DNA of 64,000 nt from an uncultured Alphaproteobacteria bacterium (GTDB taxonomy: Bacteria; Pseudomonadota; Alphaproteobacteria; Rs-D84), in the NCBI GenBank assembly GCA_944389265.1, contig CALXLS010000002.1, positions 177,349 through 241,348 on the forward strand. The letters run 5' to 3'. The notes beneath the pieces were generated by a model. It ran no database searches and had not been told where the DNA came from. It saw only the letters and a program-made list of their open reading frames with translations. Position numbers and translations under genes: made by a program. Positions 46,780 through 58,799 of this stretch are shown here, one piece after another (position 1 is the first letter of the stretch; every line of letters begins with the position of its first letter).

Positions 46780-46974
46780 TTATTTTTTTGCAGCGTTCAA
46801 CTGAGTTTTTACGCGTGCAATTTCGCGACGGGTTTGACGCATAACGTGTGTTTTCGGCATCTGACCCGCAGCATGCTGAAAGCGCTGTTCCATTTGATCT
46901 TTCTTCAAATTTTCCAGTTTGCCGTGCAATGCTTCCAACGTCAAAGATTCTTTTTCAACTTTCTTTTCTGCCAT
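46780..46974 (-). CDS. rpmC: 50S ribosomal protein L29
   Basis: 64 aa, MAEKKVEKESLTLEALHGKLENLKKDQMEQRFQHAAGQM... is the L29 helical pattern. Confidence 0.9.
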   Translation of the reverse strand: MAEKKVEKESLTLEALHGKLENLKKDQMEQRFQHAAGQMPKTHVMRQTRREIARVKTQLNAAKK

Positions 46975-47021
46975 TTTTTAACCTTTTTGCCCATGCCTCT
47001 TTTCGAGTGCGCAATTATAAA

Positions 47022-47435
47022 TTAGTTAACCTTACGTTCAACGACTTTTGTTTTTACCGGCAGTTTTGCTGCAGCCAAAGCAAATGCTTCATATGCAACT
47101 TCCGGTTTAACACCGTCTAATTCGAACAAGATACGACCTGGTTTTACGCGGCAAATCCAGTATTCAACTGCACCCTTACCTTTACCCATACGAACTTCTG
47201 CAGGTTTCTTAGTAACTGGTACATCTGGAAATACGCGAATCCACAATTTACCCATACGTCTCATATGACGAGTAATTGCACGACGCGCTGCTTCAATCTG
47301 GCGCGCTGTTACACGTTCTGGTGTCAGTGCTTTCAAACCGAAAGAACCGAACGCCAATTCGCTACCACCCTTAGCCACACCATGAATGCGACCTTTGTGC
47401 TGTTTGCGAAACTTTGTTTTATTTGGCATTAACAT
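47022..47435 (-). CDS. rplP: 50S ribosomal protein L16
   Basis: [37 protein letters not shown]...[24 protein letters not shown] is canonical L16. Confidence 0.95.
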   Translation of the reverse strand: MLMPNKTKFRKQHKGRIHGVAKGGSELAFGSFGLKALTPERVTARQIEAARRAITRHMRRMGKLWIRVFPDVPVTKKPAEVRMGKGKGAVEYWICRVKPGRILFELDGVKPEVAYEAFALAAAKLPVKTKVVERKVN

Positions 47436-47504
47436 AACAATAACCTTTTAATTTCTTTATTTAATTTTTGATTTTACCTGCACCATATAGATGACAGTCA
47501 AAAA

Positions 47505-48206
47505 TTATTTGCTCTTCTTTTCGCTGCTACCAGCATATTCTGTTGGACGAGCCATTTCAGATGCTAGTTTTTCTTTATTTACGACATCACCTGTGTAAAT
47601 CCAAACTTTCACACCGATAACACCGTAAGTTGTTTTTGCTTGAATTGATGCATAATCAATATCAGCACGTAATGTATGCAAAGGAATACGTCCTTCACGT
47701 ATCTGTTCGCTACGAGCAATTTCCGCACCATTAAGACGACCAGAACACATAACTTTAATACCTTGTGCACCTGCCTTAACTGCGTTTTGAACAGCTTTTT
47801 TCATTGCACGTTTAAAAGAAACACGACCTTCAATTTGTTGTGCAATATTCTGAGCAACTAATTGAGCATTCAAATCAGGACGACGAACTTCATAAATATT
47901 TACAACAACTTGGTCATTTTTAACCAACTTTTTGATGTCGTTACGTAGTGTTTCAATATCTGCACCATTTTTACCGATAATCATACCAGGGCGAGATGTA
48001 TGAATTGTTACAACTACTTTCTTAGCAAAACGTTCAATAACAACTTTTGCCAAGCCTGCTTTTTTCAGTTTCTTTTCGATAAACTTACGAATTTTGATGT
48101 CTTCTGCCAACAAATTCGCATAGTCTTTTTTATTTGCAATCCAACGTGAATCAGTAATTTTATTAATAAATTCACGTAATGAGATTGGTGATACTTTCTG
48201 TCCCAT
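47505..48206 (-). CDS. rpsC: 30S ribosomal protein S3
   Basis: [43 protein letters not shown]... contains the KH and S3-C domains. Confidence 0.95.
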   Translation of the reverse strand: MGQKVSPISLREFINKITDSRWIANKKDYANLLAEDIKIRKFIEKKLKKAGLAKVVIERFAKKVVVTIHTSRPGMIIGKNGADIETLRNDIKKLVKNDQVVVNIYEVRRPDLNAQLVAQNIAQQIEGRVSFKRAMKKAVQNAVKAGAQGIKVMCSGRLNGAEIARSEQIREGRIPLHTLRADIDYASIQAKTTYGVIGVKVWIYTGDVVNKEKLASEMARPTEYAGSSEKKSK

Positions 48207-48299
48207 TTTATTACTTCCTTAATTTTATGGCAAATGTTCTTGAAACCGTATAGGTTTTATTCAGGGTGCCTTGCATCCATACCACTTGCCATGTATACC

Positions 48300-48725
48300 T
48301 TATTTAGCCTTTTCCTTTTTGGCGGCTGTTGTTTCTTTTTTTACAGTTTTCTTTTTTGGTGCAGCCCCAGATTCCAAAACGATTGTCAAATTAGAAAAAG
48401 GTTTCAAAATCGGACGAGCACTACCGCGAGGACCGGCCATAATACGCTTCATTGTCAAAGCCTTGCCGCACCAAATTTCTTTGACGAACAGGCTATCTGC
48501 AGGCAGATTTTTATTATTTTCTGCATTTGCAACCGCAGACAACAAAGTCTTTAAAACTTCACCAGCAACGCGTTTTTTAGAAAATTTCAAGACATCGATA
48601 GCACGTTCTACTGGTAAACCACGAACAGTATCGCAAACCAGATTCAATTTCTGGTGGCTAACGCGGATTAATTTATTAAATGCGCGCGCTTGATTATCTT
48701 TAATTCCATATCTTGTCGTTGTCAT
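48300..48725 (-). CDS. rplV: 50S ribosomal protein L22 (with K/A-rich C-terminal tail)
   Basis: ...ARAFNKLIRVSHQKLNLVCDTVRGLPVERAIDVLKFSKKRVAGEVLKTLLSAVANAENN... is canonical L22. Confidence 0.93.
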   Translation of the reverse strand: MTTTRYGIKDNQARAFNKLIRVSHQKLNLVCDTVRGLPVERAIDVLKFSKKRVAGEVLKTLLSAVANAENNKNLPADSLFVKEIWCGKALTMKRIMAGPRGSARPILKPFSNLTIVLESGAAPKKKTVKKETTAAKKEKAK

Positions 48726-48741
48726 AACTATTTACCCTATT

Positions 48742-49029
48742 TTATTTTTTGGCTGCTGCAGCCTTTTTATTAGCCGCATGACCCTTAAATGTACGAGTTG
48801 GTGCAAATTCACCCAATTTATGTCCAATCATATCTTCTACGATAGAAACAGGAATGAATTTATTACCATTGTGAACTTCAAAAGTCAAACCAACCATTGG
48901 TGGTACAATCGTGCTGCCACGAGACCATGTTTTAATTGGTTTATGGTCATTTTTTTCGTTCGCCGCTGCTGCTTTTTTCAAAACAGATGGGTGAACATAA
49001 GGACCTTTCCATACTGAACGAGACATCAA
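48742..49029 (-). CDS. rpsS: 30S ribosomal protein S19
   Basis: [18 protein letters not shown]...[33 protein letters not shown] is canonical S19. Confidence 0.95.
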   Translation of the reverse strand: MMSRSVWKGPYVHPSVLKKAAAANEKNDHKPIKTWSRGSTIVPPMVGLTFEVHNGNKFIPVSIVEDMIGHKLGEFAPTRTFKGHAANKKAAAAKK

Positions 49030-49079
49030 TTACTCCGTTTTTATTTTTCTCTGGTACCATATAGATACCAGACTACTTA

Positions 49080-49913
49080 TTATTTTTTCTTTGCCAAATG
49101 TCTGCTGCGAATAATCATCTTTGCAGTACGTTTATTGCTACGGGTACGATATCCCTTGGCTGGAATACCTGTACGTGATACTGGTTCGTGGCCCTTAGAG
49201 TGACCATTACCACCACCCATTGGGTGATCAACTGGGTTCATAGCCATACCACGAACTGATGGACGAATACCTAACCAGCGTGCACGACCTGCTTTACCCA
49301 AGTTTACATTACGTTGGTCAGGGTTAGAAACGCTACCAACTGTTGCTAAGCAATCGGAATGAACTTTACGCAACTCACCGCTGTTCATTTTAATCTGTGC
49401 ATAAACGCCATCTTTACCCATTAACTGAGCATAGCAACCCGCACTACGAGCCAACTGACCACCAGCACCAGGTTTCAATTCAACGTTATGTACGATTGTA
49501 CCGATTGGCATATTCTTTAACGGCATTGCATTACCTGGTTTAATATCTTCACGTTCACCAGATATAACAATATCACCTGCTTTCAAGTCACGTGGTGCCA
49601 AGATATAAGAACGTGCACCATCTTTATATTCAATCAATGCGATAAAAGCCGTACGATTTGGGTCATATTCTAAACGAATAACAGTTGCAGGAACACCCTT
49701 TTTCTTACGAGCAAAATCAATCAAACGATATTTACGTTTATGTCCGCCACCCTGATGCATAACTGTGACGTGACCGAAATTATTACGTCCACCTTTGGAC
49801 TTCAAACCAACAGTCAAAGACTTTTCTGGTGCGCCACGATGCAATTCACTGCGATCAACCTGAGTCAACCCACGTGTACCAGCAGTTGTTGGCTTATAAT
49901 GTTTCAATGCCAT
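49080..49913 (-). CDS. rplB: 50S ribosomal protein L2
   Basis: 277 aa. ...[26 protein letters not shown]...[17 protein letters not shown] is canonical L2. Confidence 0.95.
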   Translation of the reverse strand: MALKHYKPTTAGTRGLTQVDRSELHRGAPEKSLTVGLKSKGGRNNFGHVTVMHQGGGHKRKYRLIDFARKKKGVPATVIRLEYDPNRTAFIALIEYKDGARSYILAPRDLKAGDIVISGEREDIKPGNAMPLKNMPIGTIVHNVELKPGAGGQLARSAGCYAQLMGKDGVYAQIKMNSGELRKVHSDCLATVGSVSNPDQRNVNLGKAGRARWLGIRPSVRGMAMNPVDHPMGGGNGHSKGHEPVSRTGIPAKGYRTRSNKRTAKMIIRSRHLAKKK

Positions 49914-49983
49914 TTTTTCTTACCTTTATTTATGTTTTGACACTAGCGTCCTTTAAAATGGGATTTCTCTGCCAAAACCGTTT

Positions 49984-50316
49984 TTATATATTTGCCGACA
50001 AATCCAATTTTGCATCTTCCGGCAAAGATACATATGCTTTTTTAACCAAGCGTTGTGTGCCTGTACCACGACCACGGAAGGATTTTACCTTACCTTTTAT
50101 AACTACAATGTTAACCTTAGTCGGTTTTACATTATAGATAGCCTGAACAGCACGAGCAACATCTTCTTTAGTAGCATTCGCTGCAACTTCAAAAGCAACA
50201 CCATTGCTTTCGGACAGCTTTGCCGCCTTTTCTGAGATTATCGGACGACGCAGTATATCATAAATACCAGCAGTCGCAACGATTTTTTTCTCTGAACTAA
50301 CTTTCTTTTCTGCCAT
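49984..50316 (-). CDS. rplW: 50S ribosomal protein L23
   Basis: ...YDILRRPIISEKAAKLSESNGVAFEVAANATKEDVARAVQAIYNVKPTKVNIV is canonical L23. Confidence 0.93.
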   Translation of the reverse strand: MAEKKVSSEKKIVATAGIYDILRRPIISEKAAKLSESNGVAFEVAANATKEDVARAVQAIYNVKPTKVNIVVIKGKVKSFRGRGTGTQRLVKKAYVSLPEDAKLDLSANI

Positions 50317-50352
50317 TTTTTTACCTTTTCGTCATCACTTAACAAACATTAA

Positions 50353-50982
50353 TTATGCCAAGCGCGCTTCTACTGCTTTGACTGCATCTGCGGTCAAAAC
50401 CAATTTTTCGTGTTTCAAAATATCCAAAACGTTCAAACCAATTGTTGGTAATACATCAACGTTTGCGATATTTGCAGCTGATTTCTTAAAGTTTTCATCT
50501 ATATCTGTTGCCCCAACGAACAAAGCAGAAGAAATACCTAATTTTTTCAACTGTTTTGCAAAAGCATTTGTTTTTGCTGCAGACAACTTTTCAGAATCAA
50601 TAACAACTAAACTGCCGTCTTTAACTTTTGAAGACAACGCCATTTTCAAACCTAATGCGCGAACTTTCTTTGGCAAATCAATAGAGTGATCACGAACAAC
50701 AGGTCCATGAACTACGCCACCACCACGCATATGAACATTGTATCTTTCACCCTGACGAGCATTACCTGTTTTCTTTTGTTTGAAAGCTTTTTTACCGCTG
50801 CCTTCTACATCAGAAACGGTTTTAACAGCATGTGTCCCAGCGCGAGATTTTGCACGTTGCCAAGTAACAACGCGATGCAAAATATCTGCACGAGGGTCCA
50901 AGCCGAAAATCTGGTCAGACAATTCTACTTTACCGACCGCTTTACCATCAAAATTAATAATATCTACTTGCATATCTTTCAC
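50353..50982 (-). CDS. rplD: 50S ribosomal protein L4
   Basis: 209 aa. ...RVVTWQRAKSRAGTHAVKTVSDVEGSGKKAFKQKKTGNARQG is canonical L4. Confidence 0.95.
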   Translation of the reverse strand: MKDMQVDIINFDGKAVGKVELSDQIFGLDPRADILHRVVTWQRAKSRAGTHAVKTVSDVEGSGKKAFKQKKTGNARQGERYNVHMRGGGVVHGPVVRDHSIDLPKKVRALGLKMALSSKVKDGSLVVIDSEKLSAAKTNAFAKQLKKLGISSALFVGATDIDENFKKSAANIANVDVLPTIGLNVLDILKHEKLVLTADAVKAVEARLA

Positions 50983-51007
50983 CTTACTCTTCTGTCGCCC
51001 TACTTAA

Positions 51008-51745
51008 TTATTCCGCAACAGTTTCTGTTTCGGTTGCTTCTGTTACTTGTTCCGTACCAGATTCAACTGCGGCTGCCGCTGCTTTTGTTGGAACTGGTAA
51101 ATCTTTCTGTTCTTTTTTAACTGCGTCAACGACCAATACGAATGTGCCGTTTGCACCTGGTACTGCACCTTCTACGAAAATCAAGTTTTCTGCTTCATCA
51201 GTACCAAATACTTTCAAGTTCTGAACAGTGACTGTTTCATTACCCATCTGACCAGCCATTTTTTTACCTTTCAGAACGCGACCTGGCCATTCACGCATAC
51301 CTGTACCACCGATAGAACGATGCGCTTTTAAAACACCGTGAGAAGCTTCCTTACCACCGAAGTTATGACGTTTCATAGCCCCTTGGAAGCCTTTACCTTT
51401 ACTTGTCGCTTGAACATCGACGAATTGACCGGCAACGAAATGAGACGCTGATAATGCAGTCCCTGCTGGGATAACGCAATCATCAGATACGCGGAATTCA
51501 ACAACCTTACGATACGGTTTAACCCCTGCTTTTTCAGCAGCAACCGCCTGCGGTTTTGCCACGTGTTTTGCTTTTGCTTCGCGCATACCCAAGATATTCG
51601 CGACATAACCATTTTTTTCCTGCGTGCGATTTCCAATGACAGTGCAATCACCAACAGACAAAACTGTTACTGGATGAGCAACACCGCCATCATCATACAG
51701 ACGCGTCATTCCTATTTTTGTTGTAATTAATCCGCTACGTTTCAT
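51008..51745 (-). CDS. rplC: 50S ribosomal protein L3 (with acidic C-terminal extension)
   Basis: MKRSGLITTKIGMTRLYDDGGVAHPVTVLSVGDCTVIGNRTQEKNGY...FKGKGFQGAMKRHNFGG is canonical L3. Confidence 0.95.
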   Translation of the reverse strand: MKRSGLITTKIGMTRLYDDGGVAHPVTVLSVGDCTVIGNRTQEKNGYVANILGMREAKAKHVAKPQAVAAEKAGVKPYRKVVEFRVSDDCVIPAGTALSASHFVAGQFVDVQATSKGKGFQGAMKRHNFGGKEASHGVLKAHRSIGGTGMREWPGRVLKGKKMAGQMGNETVTVQNLKVFGTDEAENLIFVEGAVPGANGTFVLVVDAVKKEQKDLPVPTKAAAAAVESGTEQVTEATETETVAE

Positions 51746-51819
51746 TTTTTTATGCCTTTTTCCTTTGTTAGTAGGTTAGTGCCTGTACACACACTTTTTA
51801 GAGACACTAACTCAAACAA

Positions 51820-52131
51820 TTACAATTTAATTTTCACATCAACACCGGACGCCAAATCCAACTTCATCAAGGCATCTACTGTCTGAGGGGTTGGGTTAAC
51901 AATATCTACGACCGCTTTATGATTACGGATTTCGAATTGTTCACGTGATTTTTTATCAACGTGAGGTGAACGGTTTACAGTAAATTTCTTAATCAATGTC
52001 GGCAAGCGAACGGGACCGACTACATCAGCGCCAGTGCGCTTTGCAGTTTTAACAATTTCTTCCACTGATTCCATCAAGACTCTATGGTCAAACGCTGTCA
52101 ATTTGATGCGAATTTTAGATGCTGGTACCAT
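51820..52131 (-). CDS. rpsJ: 30S ribosomal protein S10
   Basis: [45 protein letters not shown]... (103 aa). The start is placed at the internal ATG with an AAGGAAAACGAACAA SD. The 13-codon extension is rejected. Confidence 0.93.
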   Translation of the reverse strand: MVPASKIRIKLTAFDHRVLMESVEEIVKTAKRTGADVVGPVRLPTLIKKFTVNRSPHVDKKSREQFEIRNHKAVVDIVNPTPQTVDALMKLDLASGVDVKIKL

Positions 52132-52209
52132 TTGTTCGTTTTCCTTATTGTTATCCGGGCCGGTAATCACTGGCGTTTCATCCAGTTACACCGACCCGCT
52201 ATCATTTTA

Positions 52210-53397
52210 TTATTTAATTATCTTGGATACAACTCCTGCGCCAACTGTGCGTCCGCCTTCACGGATAGCAAAGCGACGACCTTCGTCCATAGCAATAGGT
52301 GCAATCAACTGCACTGTGATACGAACGTTATCGCCTGGCAAGACCATTTCTTTGTCTGCTGGCAAAGTAATTGTACCTGTTACGTCTGTTGTGCTGAAAT
52401 AGAACTGTGGACGATAGTTAGAGAAGAATGCTGTATGACGGCCACCTTCTTCTTTCGTCAAGATATAAACTTCAGCTTCAAATTCTGTGTGTGGTGTGAT
52501 GGAACCTGGTTTGCAGATAATCTGACCACGTTCTACATCTTCTTTCTTTGTACCACGCAACAACAAACCTACGTTATCACCGGCTTCACCCTGATCCAAC
52601 AATTTACGGAACATTTCAACGCCTGTAACTGTTGTTTTCTGAGTTGGGCGTAAACCAACGATTTCGCATTCGTCACCAACTTTAACTGTACCAGATTCGA
52701 TACGACCTGTTACTACTGTACCACGACCTGTGATAGAGAACACGTCTTCAATTGGCATCAAGAATGGTTTATCAACTGGACGTTCTGGTAATGGGATATA
52801 TTCGTCACATGCTTTCAACAAAGCATCGATAGATTCTTTACCCAACCCGTCGTTTTTGCCTTCCAAAGCAGAAACAGCAGAACCACGAATAATTGGAGCA
52901 TTGTCACCGTCGAATTCATTTGCAGACAACAATTCACGGATTTCCATTTCAACCAATTCCAACAATTCTGGGTCATTAGCCAAATCACATTTGTTCAAGT
53001 AAACAACGATTTTTGGAATACCTACCTGACGAGCCAACAAGATGTGTTCACGTGTCTGTGGCATAGGACCATCAGTTGCAGCAACAACCAAGATAGCACC
53101 ATCCATCTGCGCAGCACCTGTAATCATGTTTTTAACATAGTCAGCGTGTCCTGGGCAGTCAACGTGAGCATAGTGACGGCTTTCTGTTTCATATTCAACG
53201 TGAGCAGTATTAATTGTTATACCACGTGCACGTTCTTCTGGTGCGTTATCGATTTGATCAACACCTTTGCCTTGGTCTGCACCAACGCCATAGTAATGAA
53301 CGATAGCAGCTGTCAATGTTGTCTTACCGTGGTCAACGTGACCAATAGTACCGATATTAACATGCGGCTTAGATCTTACATATTTTTCTTTTGCCAT
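52210..53397 (-). CDS. tuf: Elongation factor Tu
   Basis: 395 aa. [26 protein letters not shown] and SAL G-motifs. A full-length canonical EF-Tu. Confidence 0.97.
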   Translation of the reverse strand: MAKEKYVRSKPHVNIGTIGHVDHGKTTLTAAIVHYYGVGADQGKGVDQIDNAPEERARGITINTAHVEYETESRHYAHVDCPGHADYVKNMITGAAQMDGAILVVAATDGPMPQTREHILLARQVGIPKIVVYLNKCDLANDPELLELVEMEIRELLSANEFDGDNAPIIRGSAVSALEGKNDGLGKESIDALLKACDEYIPLPERPVDKPFLMPIEDVFSITGRGTVVTGRIESGTVKVGDECEIVGLRPTQKTTVTGVEMFRKLLDQGEAGDNVGLLLRGTKKEDVERGQIICKPGSITPHTEFEAEVYILTKEEGGRHTAFFSNYRPQFYFSTTDVTGTITLPADKEMVLPGDNVRITVQLIAPIAMDEGRRFAIREGGRTVGAGVVSKIIK

Positions 53398-53509
53398 AGT
53401 TTTCTCCTTAGGCTTTGCTTGTTAATTTGATTTCTGATATCTGGTTTCCGATTCATACTTTCTGCATTCAATCATAAACCAGAAATCAAAAATCACAATC
53501 TTTTTTTAT

Positions 53510-55591
53510 TTATTTTGTTAACTTCTTTATTACTTCATCTGCAACGTTCTGAGGTACTTCGTCATAGTGCGACAATTCCATATAAGGATTTGCACGCCCC
53601 TGAGACAAAGAACGCAACGTTTTTACATAACCGAACAGATTAGCCAATGGGACATAAGCAGAAATCAACTGATTACCAAACTGAGTTTCAATTCCGTTAA
53701 TCTGTCCACGACGACTGTTCAAGTCCCCGATGATGTCACCGACGTATTCTTCCGGTGTATTAACCGAAAGTTTCATAATCGGTTCCAGCAATTTTGGCGA
53801 TGCCTTCTTCATTGCTTCACGGAAGCAAGCACGCGCCGCAATTTCAAAGCACAATACATTAGAGTCAACTTCGTGATATTTACCATCTACCAATGTTGCT
53901 TTGAAATCCACTGTTGGATAGCCAATCAGAACACCTGTCTGCTGTGCTATCTTCAAACCTTTTTCTACGCCGGGGATATATTCTTTTGGAATAGCACCAC
54001 CAACAATCTTGTTTTCAAATTCATAGCCCTTACCAGGTTCCAAAGGTTCGAATTCAATCTTTACCTGAGCGTACTGACCTGAACCACCAGACTGTTTTTT
54101 ATGCGTATATTCTTCTGTGACCGGTTTGCGGAAAGTTTCACGATATGCAATACGTGGTTCACCAACGTTTACATCTACTTTAAATTCGCGCAATAAACGA
54201 TCAACCAAAATTTCCAAATGCAATTCACCAACACCAGCCAAAATAGTCTGACCAGATTCTTCATCAACAGATACACGGAAAGAAGGGTCTTCTTTTGCCA
54301 AAGCTTGTAAACCCAAAGACATCTTTTCAATATCTGCTTTTGTTTTTGGTTCAACTGCGATACTCATAACCGGTTCTGGAACATGGATGTTTTCCAAGAT
54401 AATTGGATTTGCTTCATCACACAAAGTATCACCAGTAATTGTTTCCTTCATACCAACCAAAGTAACAATATCACCAGCAGATGCTTCTTTGATTTCTTCA
54501 CGTTGATTAGAATGCATTAACAACATACGACCAACGCGTTCACGTTTATCACGGTTAGAGTTATAAATATAAGAACCAGATACCAATTTACCTGAATAAA
54601 TACGGATGAACATCAAGTTACCAACGAATGGATCATTTGCAACTTTAAACGCTAATGCAGCGAAAGGTTCTTTTGCATCAGGTTTACGTTCTGCAACTGT
54701 TTCACCGTCCATTTTTGTCCCTTTAATCGCAGGAACATCCAATGGTGATGGCAAGTAATCAACAATTGCATCCAATAATGGTTGAACACCCTTATTCTTA
54801 AATGCAGTACCACACAAAACAGGATTAAAGTTTTGATTGATAGTACCTTTACGGATTAATTGTTTGATAGTTGCAACATCTGGTTTTTTACCTTCCATAT
54901 AAGCTTCCATAATATCATCGTCTAATGTGACAACTTCTTCGATAAGCTTATTATGCAATTCTTCTGCTTTTTCTTTTAAATCTTCTGGTATTTCTATGAT
55001 ATGAGGATCTTTACCCAAATCATCTTCCCAAACGATACCGCGCATTTCGACGACATCGACAACACCACGGAAGTCAGATTCTGCACCGATAGGGAAATTA
55101 ACGACTAATGGATTTGCCCCCAAACGTTCACGAATCATATCAACACAGCGGAAGAAATTTCCACCGATACGATCCATCTTATTTACAAAACAAATACGAG
55201 GAACATTATAACGATCAGCCTGACGCCATACAGTTTCTGTCTGAGGTTGTACACCAGACACAGATTCAAAAACAGCAACAGCACCGTCCAAAACACGCAA
55301 AGAACGTTCTACTTCCATAGTAAAGTCAACGTGTCCCGGTGTATCAATCAAGTTAATACGATGATCACGCCAGAAGCATGTTGTTGCAGCGGAAGTAATT
55401 GTAATACCACGTTCTTGTTCTTGTTCCATCCAGTCCATAGTGGCGCCACCGTCGTGAACTTCGCCAATTTTATATGTTTTACCGGTATAGAAAAGAATAC
55501 GTTCCGATGTAGTTGTTTTACCTGCGTCAATATGGGCCATAATACCTATATTGCGATACATATTTAAAGGTGCGGTTTTTCCGACTGACAT
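53510..55591 (-). CDS. fusA: Elongation factor G
   Basis: 693 aa. [28 protein letters not shown]. Domain III-V motifs are present. Confidence 0.97.
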   Translation of the reverse strand: MSVGKTAPLNMYRNIGIMAHIDAGKTTTSERILFYTGKTYKIGEVHDGGATMDWMEQEQERGITITSAATTCFWRDHRINLIDTPGHVDFTMEVERSLRVLDGAVAVFESVSGVQPQTETVWRQADRYNVPRICFVNKMDRIGGNFFRCVDMIRERLGANPLVVNFPIGAESDFRGVVDVVEMRGIVWEDDLGKDPHIIEIPEDLKEKAEELHNKLIEEVVTLDDDIMEAYMEGKKPDVATIKQLIRKGTINQNFNPVLCGTAFKNKGVQPLLDAIVDYLPSPLDVPAIKGTKMDGETVAERKPDAKEPFAALAFKVANDPFVGNLMFIRIYSGKLVSGSYIYNSNRDKRERVGRMLLMHSNQREEIKEASAGDIVTLVGMKETITGDTLCDEANPIILENIHVPEPVMSIAVEPKTKADIEKMSLGLQALAKEDPSFRVSVDEESGQTILAGVGELHLEILVDRLLREFKVDVNVGEPRIAYRETFRKPVTEEYTHKKQSGGSGQYAQVKIEFEPLEPGKGYEFENKIVGGAIPKEYIPGVEKGLKIAQQTGVLIGYPTVDFKATLVDGKYHEVDSNVLCFEIAARACFREAMKKASPKLLEPIMKLSVNTPEEYVGDIIGDLNSRRGQINGIETQFGNQLISAYVPLANLFGYVKTLRSLSQGRANPYMELSHYDEVPQNVADEVIKKLTK

Positions 55592-55655
55592 GTTATTCTT
55601 TCCTTATTTTCTTTTATTGTTTGCCTACTTTGGTTTAATTATTTTCATAAAAAGA

Positions 55656-56129
55656 TTACCAACGGAAATGAGCAAATGCTTTATTCGCTTCCGCCATTTT
55701 ATGAGTATCAATCTTTTTCTTGAATGCGCCACCCTGACCATTCAAAGCATCACGCAATTCACCAAACAATCTATCTTCCATAGAACGTTCACCACGTTTA
55801 CGAGCGAACATAATCAACCAACGCAAAGCCAATGTCTGCTGACGAGCAGGTCTTACTTCGACCGGAACCTGATAAGTAGCACCGCCAACACGACGACCTT
55901 TTACTTCAACAGAAGGTTTTAATGCATCAACTGCTTCCAAAAACGCAGCCAATTCATCACCGTCTTTTGCTATCTTTTTCAGTTTATCCAATGCACCATA
56001 AACGATATTTTCGGCAACTTCTTTTTTGCCATCCCACATAACAACATTAATACATTTTGCAACAACCAGATTATTATATTTGGAATCTGGTAATATTTCA
56101 CGTTTTGCTGCACTTTTACGTCTTGACAT
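55656..56129 (-). CDS. rpsG: 30S ribosomal protein S7
   Basis: [47 protein letters not shown]... is canonical S7. Confidence 0.95.
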   Translation of the reverse strand: MSRRKSAAKREILPDSKYNNLVVAKCINVVMWDGKKEVAENIVYGALDKLKKIAKDGDELAAFLEAVDALKPSVEVKGRRVGGATYQVPVEVRPARQQTLALRWLIMFARKRGERSMEDRLFGELRDALNGQGGAFKKKIDTHKMAEANKAFAHFRW

Positions 56130-56202
56130 TTTATTTCCTTTTTTATTTCTTCATCTGGGTTACCCCAAATTACTCACACAGCACTGCTGCGTGCACAATT
56201 AA

Positions 56203-56574
56203 TTATTTTCCAGCCTTTGCACCATACAAAGAACGCCCCTGCTTTCTGCTTTCAACGCCCTTAGTATCCAAGACACCGCGAATAATATGATATTTAACAC
56301 CCGGCAAGTCCTTTACACGACCACCACGAATCATAACAACGCTATGTTCCTGCAGGTTATGACCTTCACCTGGAATATAAGCCGTAACTTCACGACCGTT
56401 AGCTAATTTAACACGAGCAACCTTACGTTGCGCTGAGTTAGGTTTCTTAGGCGTGGTTGTGTACACACGAGTGCAAACCCCACGTTTCTGCGGACATTCC
56501 ACCATATCAGGTGCCGTACTTTTTACAGCAACTTTTTTACGTGGTTTCCGAATCAGTTGATTTACTGTTGGCAT
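56203..56574 (-). CDS. rpsL: 30S ribosomal protein S12
   Basis: [57 protein letters not shown]... is canonical S12. Confidence 0.97.
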   Translation of the reverse strand: MPTVNQLIRKPRKKVAVKSTAPDMVECPQKRGVCTRVYTTTPKKPNSAQRKVARVKLANGREVTAYIPGEGHNLQEHSVVMIRGGRVKDLPGVKYHIIRGVLDTKGVESRKQGRSLYGAKAGK

Positions 56575-56723
56575 TCAAAATCTCTTTGTTTTTTGCTACT
56601 TTTTTATCTGCACAAAAACTGCCTATCAGACTTATTTCAACGGGATACCCGCGATTATAAATCTGTCAGAATATGCAGATTTCTGTGTTTTTTTCTTTCC
56701 TTATTTACACGGAAAGCGAACAT

Positions 56724-56752
56724 ACTATAACCATGAAGCCCAACATTGTCAA
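56724..56752 (-). promoter_or_regulatory. Sigma70 promoter for the str operon (rpsL). Implies a ~140-nt 5' leader.
   Basis: Minus strand: TTGACA, a 17-nt spacer, then TATAGT. Predicted TSS ~56717. rpsL ATG at 56574. Confidence 0.5.
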
Positions 56753-56875
56753 GAAAAAACTAGGATTTTCAATCAAATTTCAAGACAAAAATCCCCTAAA
56801 AACTGGGAATTCTATCACAAGCACAGATGACAACTTTTTTATTTGTGCTAATAATATGCTAGACAAATAAAAAAA

Positions 56876-57643
56876 TTAAAATACAACTGAAAATTCCACG
56901 CCTAATTTCCAATCATCATCTGGCAATATTTCGCTATGTTCACTATTCTTAGTTTTAAAGTGATATTTTATATAAGGGTGGACAGAAGCGTTATCGGACA
57001 TATTATAAACAATTCCTGCTTTTATAGACCTATCATACAAAGTCACAGGCGCTTCTATTTCCTTAAATTTAAAATTAAATTCTGTCTTTAATGCCAGCAC
57101 ATCAGAAAAATAATACATACCTTCAAGAGTTATACCAAGATTCCAAAAATTTTGGGGCTCTGCAAAAACAAATTGCCCAGTCACTTTTGCAGCCCATTGG
57201 AAAGCATCACCAGCAATACCATGAATACGAATACCTGCATCAACATTATTATACCCTATTCTCTCGTCTGTTTTAGCATTTTTCGTCCAAGCAATTCCAT
57301 AATCTGCAGACAGGTCTAATTTAAACCCATCGTAAGTTAAAACCTTATAACTAAACCCAACTTGAGAATCTGCGTAATCATTTCCTGTACTGAAAGACAC
57401 AGTCCAGTCATCTAAGAATGTATAATCAATCTCTACTCCCAACTCGTCTATTGTACCAGCAGAAATATCATCATGACCCGTACCAGACTTATTAGCCCCA
57501 GTTTTAAATTCTGCACCAAACGAAGCAGAAAACTCTTTATCTTCCGTAAGTCTACTAACATCAGAAATACCCTTTGCATTTGAAAAACATGGATAAAGAA
57601 ACAATAAAGAAAAACTAATTATAAAAATTTTTTTATTCAGCAT
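56876..57643 (-). CDS. Outer-membrane beta-barrel protein (OMP_b-brl / surface-antigen-like porin family), 255 aa
   Basis: Signal MLNKKIFIISFSLLFLYPCFSNA. Alternating hydrophobic beta-strand pattern. C-terminal ...KLGVEFSVVF ends with a terminal Phe. Confidence 0.7.
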   Translation of the reverse strand: MLNKKIFIISFSLLFLYPCFSNAKGISDVSRLTEDKEFSASFGAEFKTGANKSGTGHDDISAGTIDELGVEIDYTFLDDWTVSFSTGNDYADSQVGFSYKVLTYDGFKLDLSADYGIAWTKNAKTDERIGYNNVDAGIRIHGIAGDAFQWAAKVTGQFVFAEPQNFWNLGITLEGMYYFSDVLALKTEFNFKFKEIEAPVTLYDRSIKAGIVYNMSDNASVHPYIKYHFKTKNSEHSEILPDDDWKLGVEFSVVF

Positions 57644-57787
57644 GACTTACACCATAAGTTTTCAAATAAAATGTTGCCATACCTACTTATAAAAATTCCA
57701 CAGGAAGCAAAACCTAAAATATAATGTATGAATAAATAAAAAAATAACCCGACCCCCAAAGGTCGGGTTAATCTTTATACAAACAAT

Positions 57788-58555
57788 TTAGAACTGGATA
57801 CCAAATTTAGCACCAAAACCGAAACCATCTGCGATAGTCCACTGACCTGCACCTGTATGCGCCATAAATTTAGAAACATAAGCACCAATGAACTTATTAT
57901 CGTCGATATTGTAGTTAGCACCTAACTTACCTTCCCAAGTTCCTGCATTTTCTACTCTATCATCGATAATTCCTGTATATTCAGCACCAACCAACAAAGA
58001 CCAACTATCGTTCAACGCAAAGAACGCATCTAAGCCCATGCTAAGAGAATGCCATCCATCGTCGCCCCAATTAAACGATTCTGAATTAGAATAATCAAAT
58101 TCAAAGTGTCCTGCGACGGTCCAAGCGCCCGTCATATAACCTGCGCGAACGCCGACATTCCAATTGTACCAAGTCAGGTCTTCATCCATAAAACTTGCGC
58201 CATAATCCCAAACAGGGTTAACGCCATAACTACCATAAACATCTGCTTTCCAATTAGCCATATCTAACAGACGATAATTTACACCAATTCCCAATGTACC
58301 CCATTGAGATTGATCAAACCAATTATTCTCTGCCATAGACATTGCAACACCAACAGCCAGTCTATCAGTAATACCATAACCAAATTCTTCGTCCAAATTA
58401 ACAGATGTTGTAGAATTTGTATTAGAACCTACTTCTGTCATGCTGTAGAACTTTCCTGCATCTGGACGATACAATGGATTATCATTAATAACAGCAGCAT
58501 TTGCGCCCGACACAGCAAAAACAGCTAACAATGATGTTAAAACTAATTTTTTCAT
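57788..58555 (-). CDS. Outer-membrane beta-barrel protein, paralog of 56876-57643 (255 aa)
   Basis: Signal MKKLVLTSLLAVFAVSGANA. Rich in W, Y, G and N. C-terminal GFGFGAKFGIQF. Same length as its tandem neighbour. Confidence 0.7.
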   Translation of the reverse strand: MKKLVLTSLLAVFAVSGANAAVINDNPLYRPDAGKFYSMTEVGSNTNSTTSVNLDEEFGYGITDRLAVGVAMSMAENNWFDQSQWGTLGIGVNYRLLDMANWKADVYGSYGVNPVWDYGASFMDEDLTWYNWNVGVRAGYMTGAWTVAGHFEFDYSNSESFNWGDDGWHSLSMGLDAFFALNDSWSLLVGAEYTGIIDDRVENAGTWEGKLGANYNIDDNKFIGAYVSKFMAHTGAGQWTIADGFGFGAKFGIQF

Positions 58556-58799
58556 ACTCTATCCTTTCAGTTGAGTTATTCAAACTAGAAAATATTTATC
58601 TAGCTAGGAATATTTTAGACCGCAACCTAAACCATTTTCAAGTTAAAAGATTTTTGCAAAAAGCCCAGAAATATGCTATAATCAGACGGATTTACGATTC
58701 GGAAATCATTCTTATTGACACAACCAAACACACACATTTCAAGGCTTTCAAAACATTAAACAAACATAATTATTAAAAAACATAATAAACAAAAGTTAC

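Noticed and set aside
52084-52653. 189-aa plus-strand ORF overlapping tuf. Similar antisense ORFs exist over fusA (53567-54082), rplQ (37037-37345), the DUF1015 gene (14226-14606) and elsewhere.
   Set aside because: Antisense to highly conserved genes. No independent support. Typical shadow ORFs.
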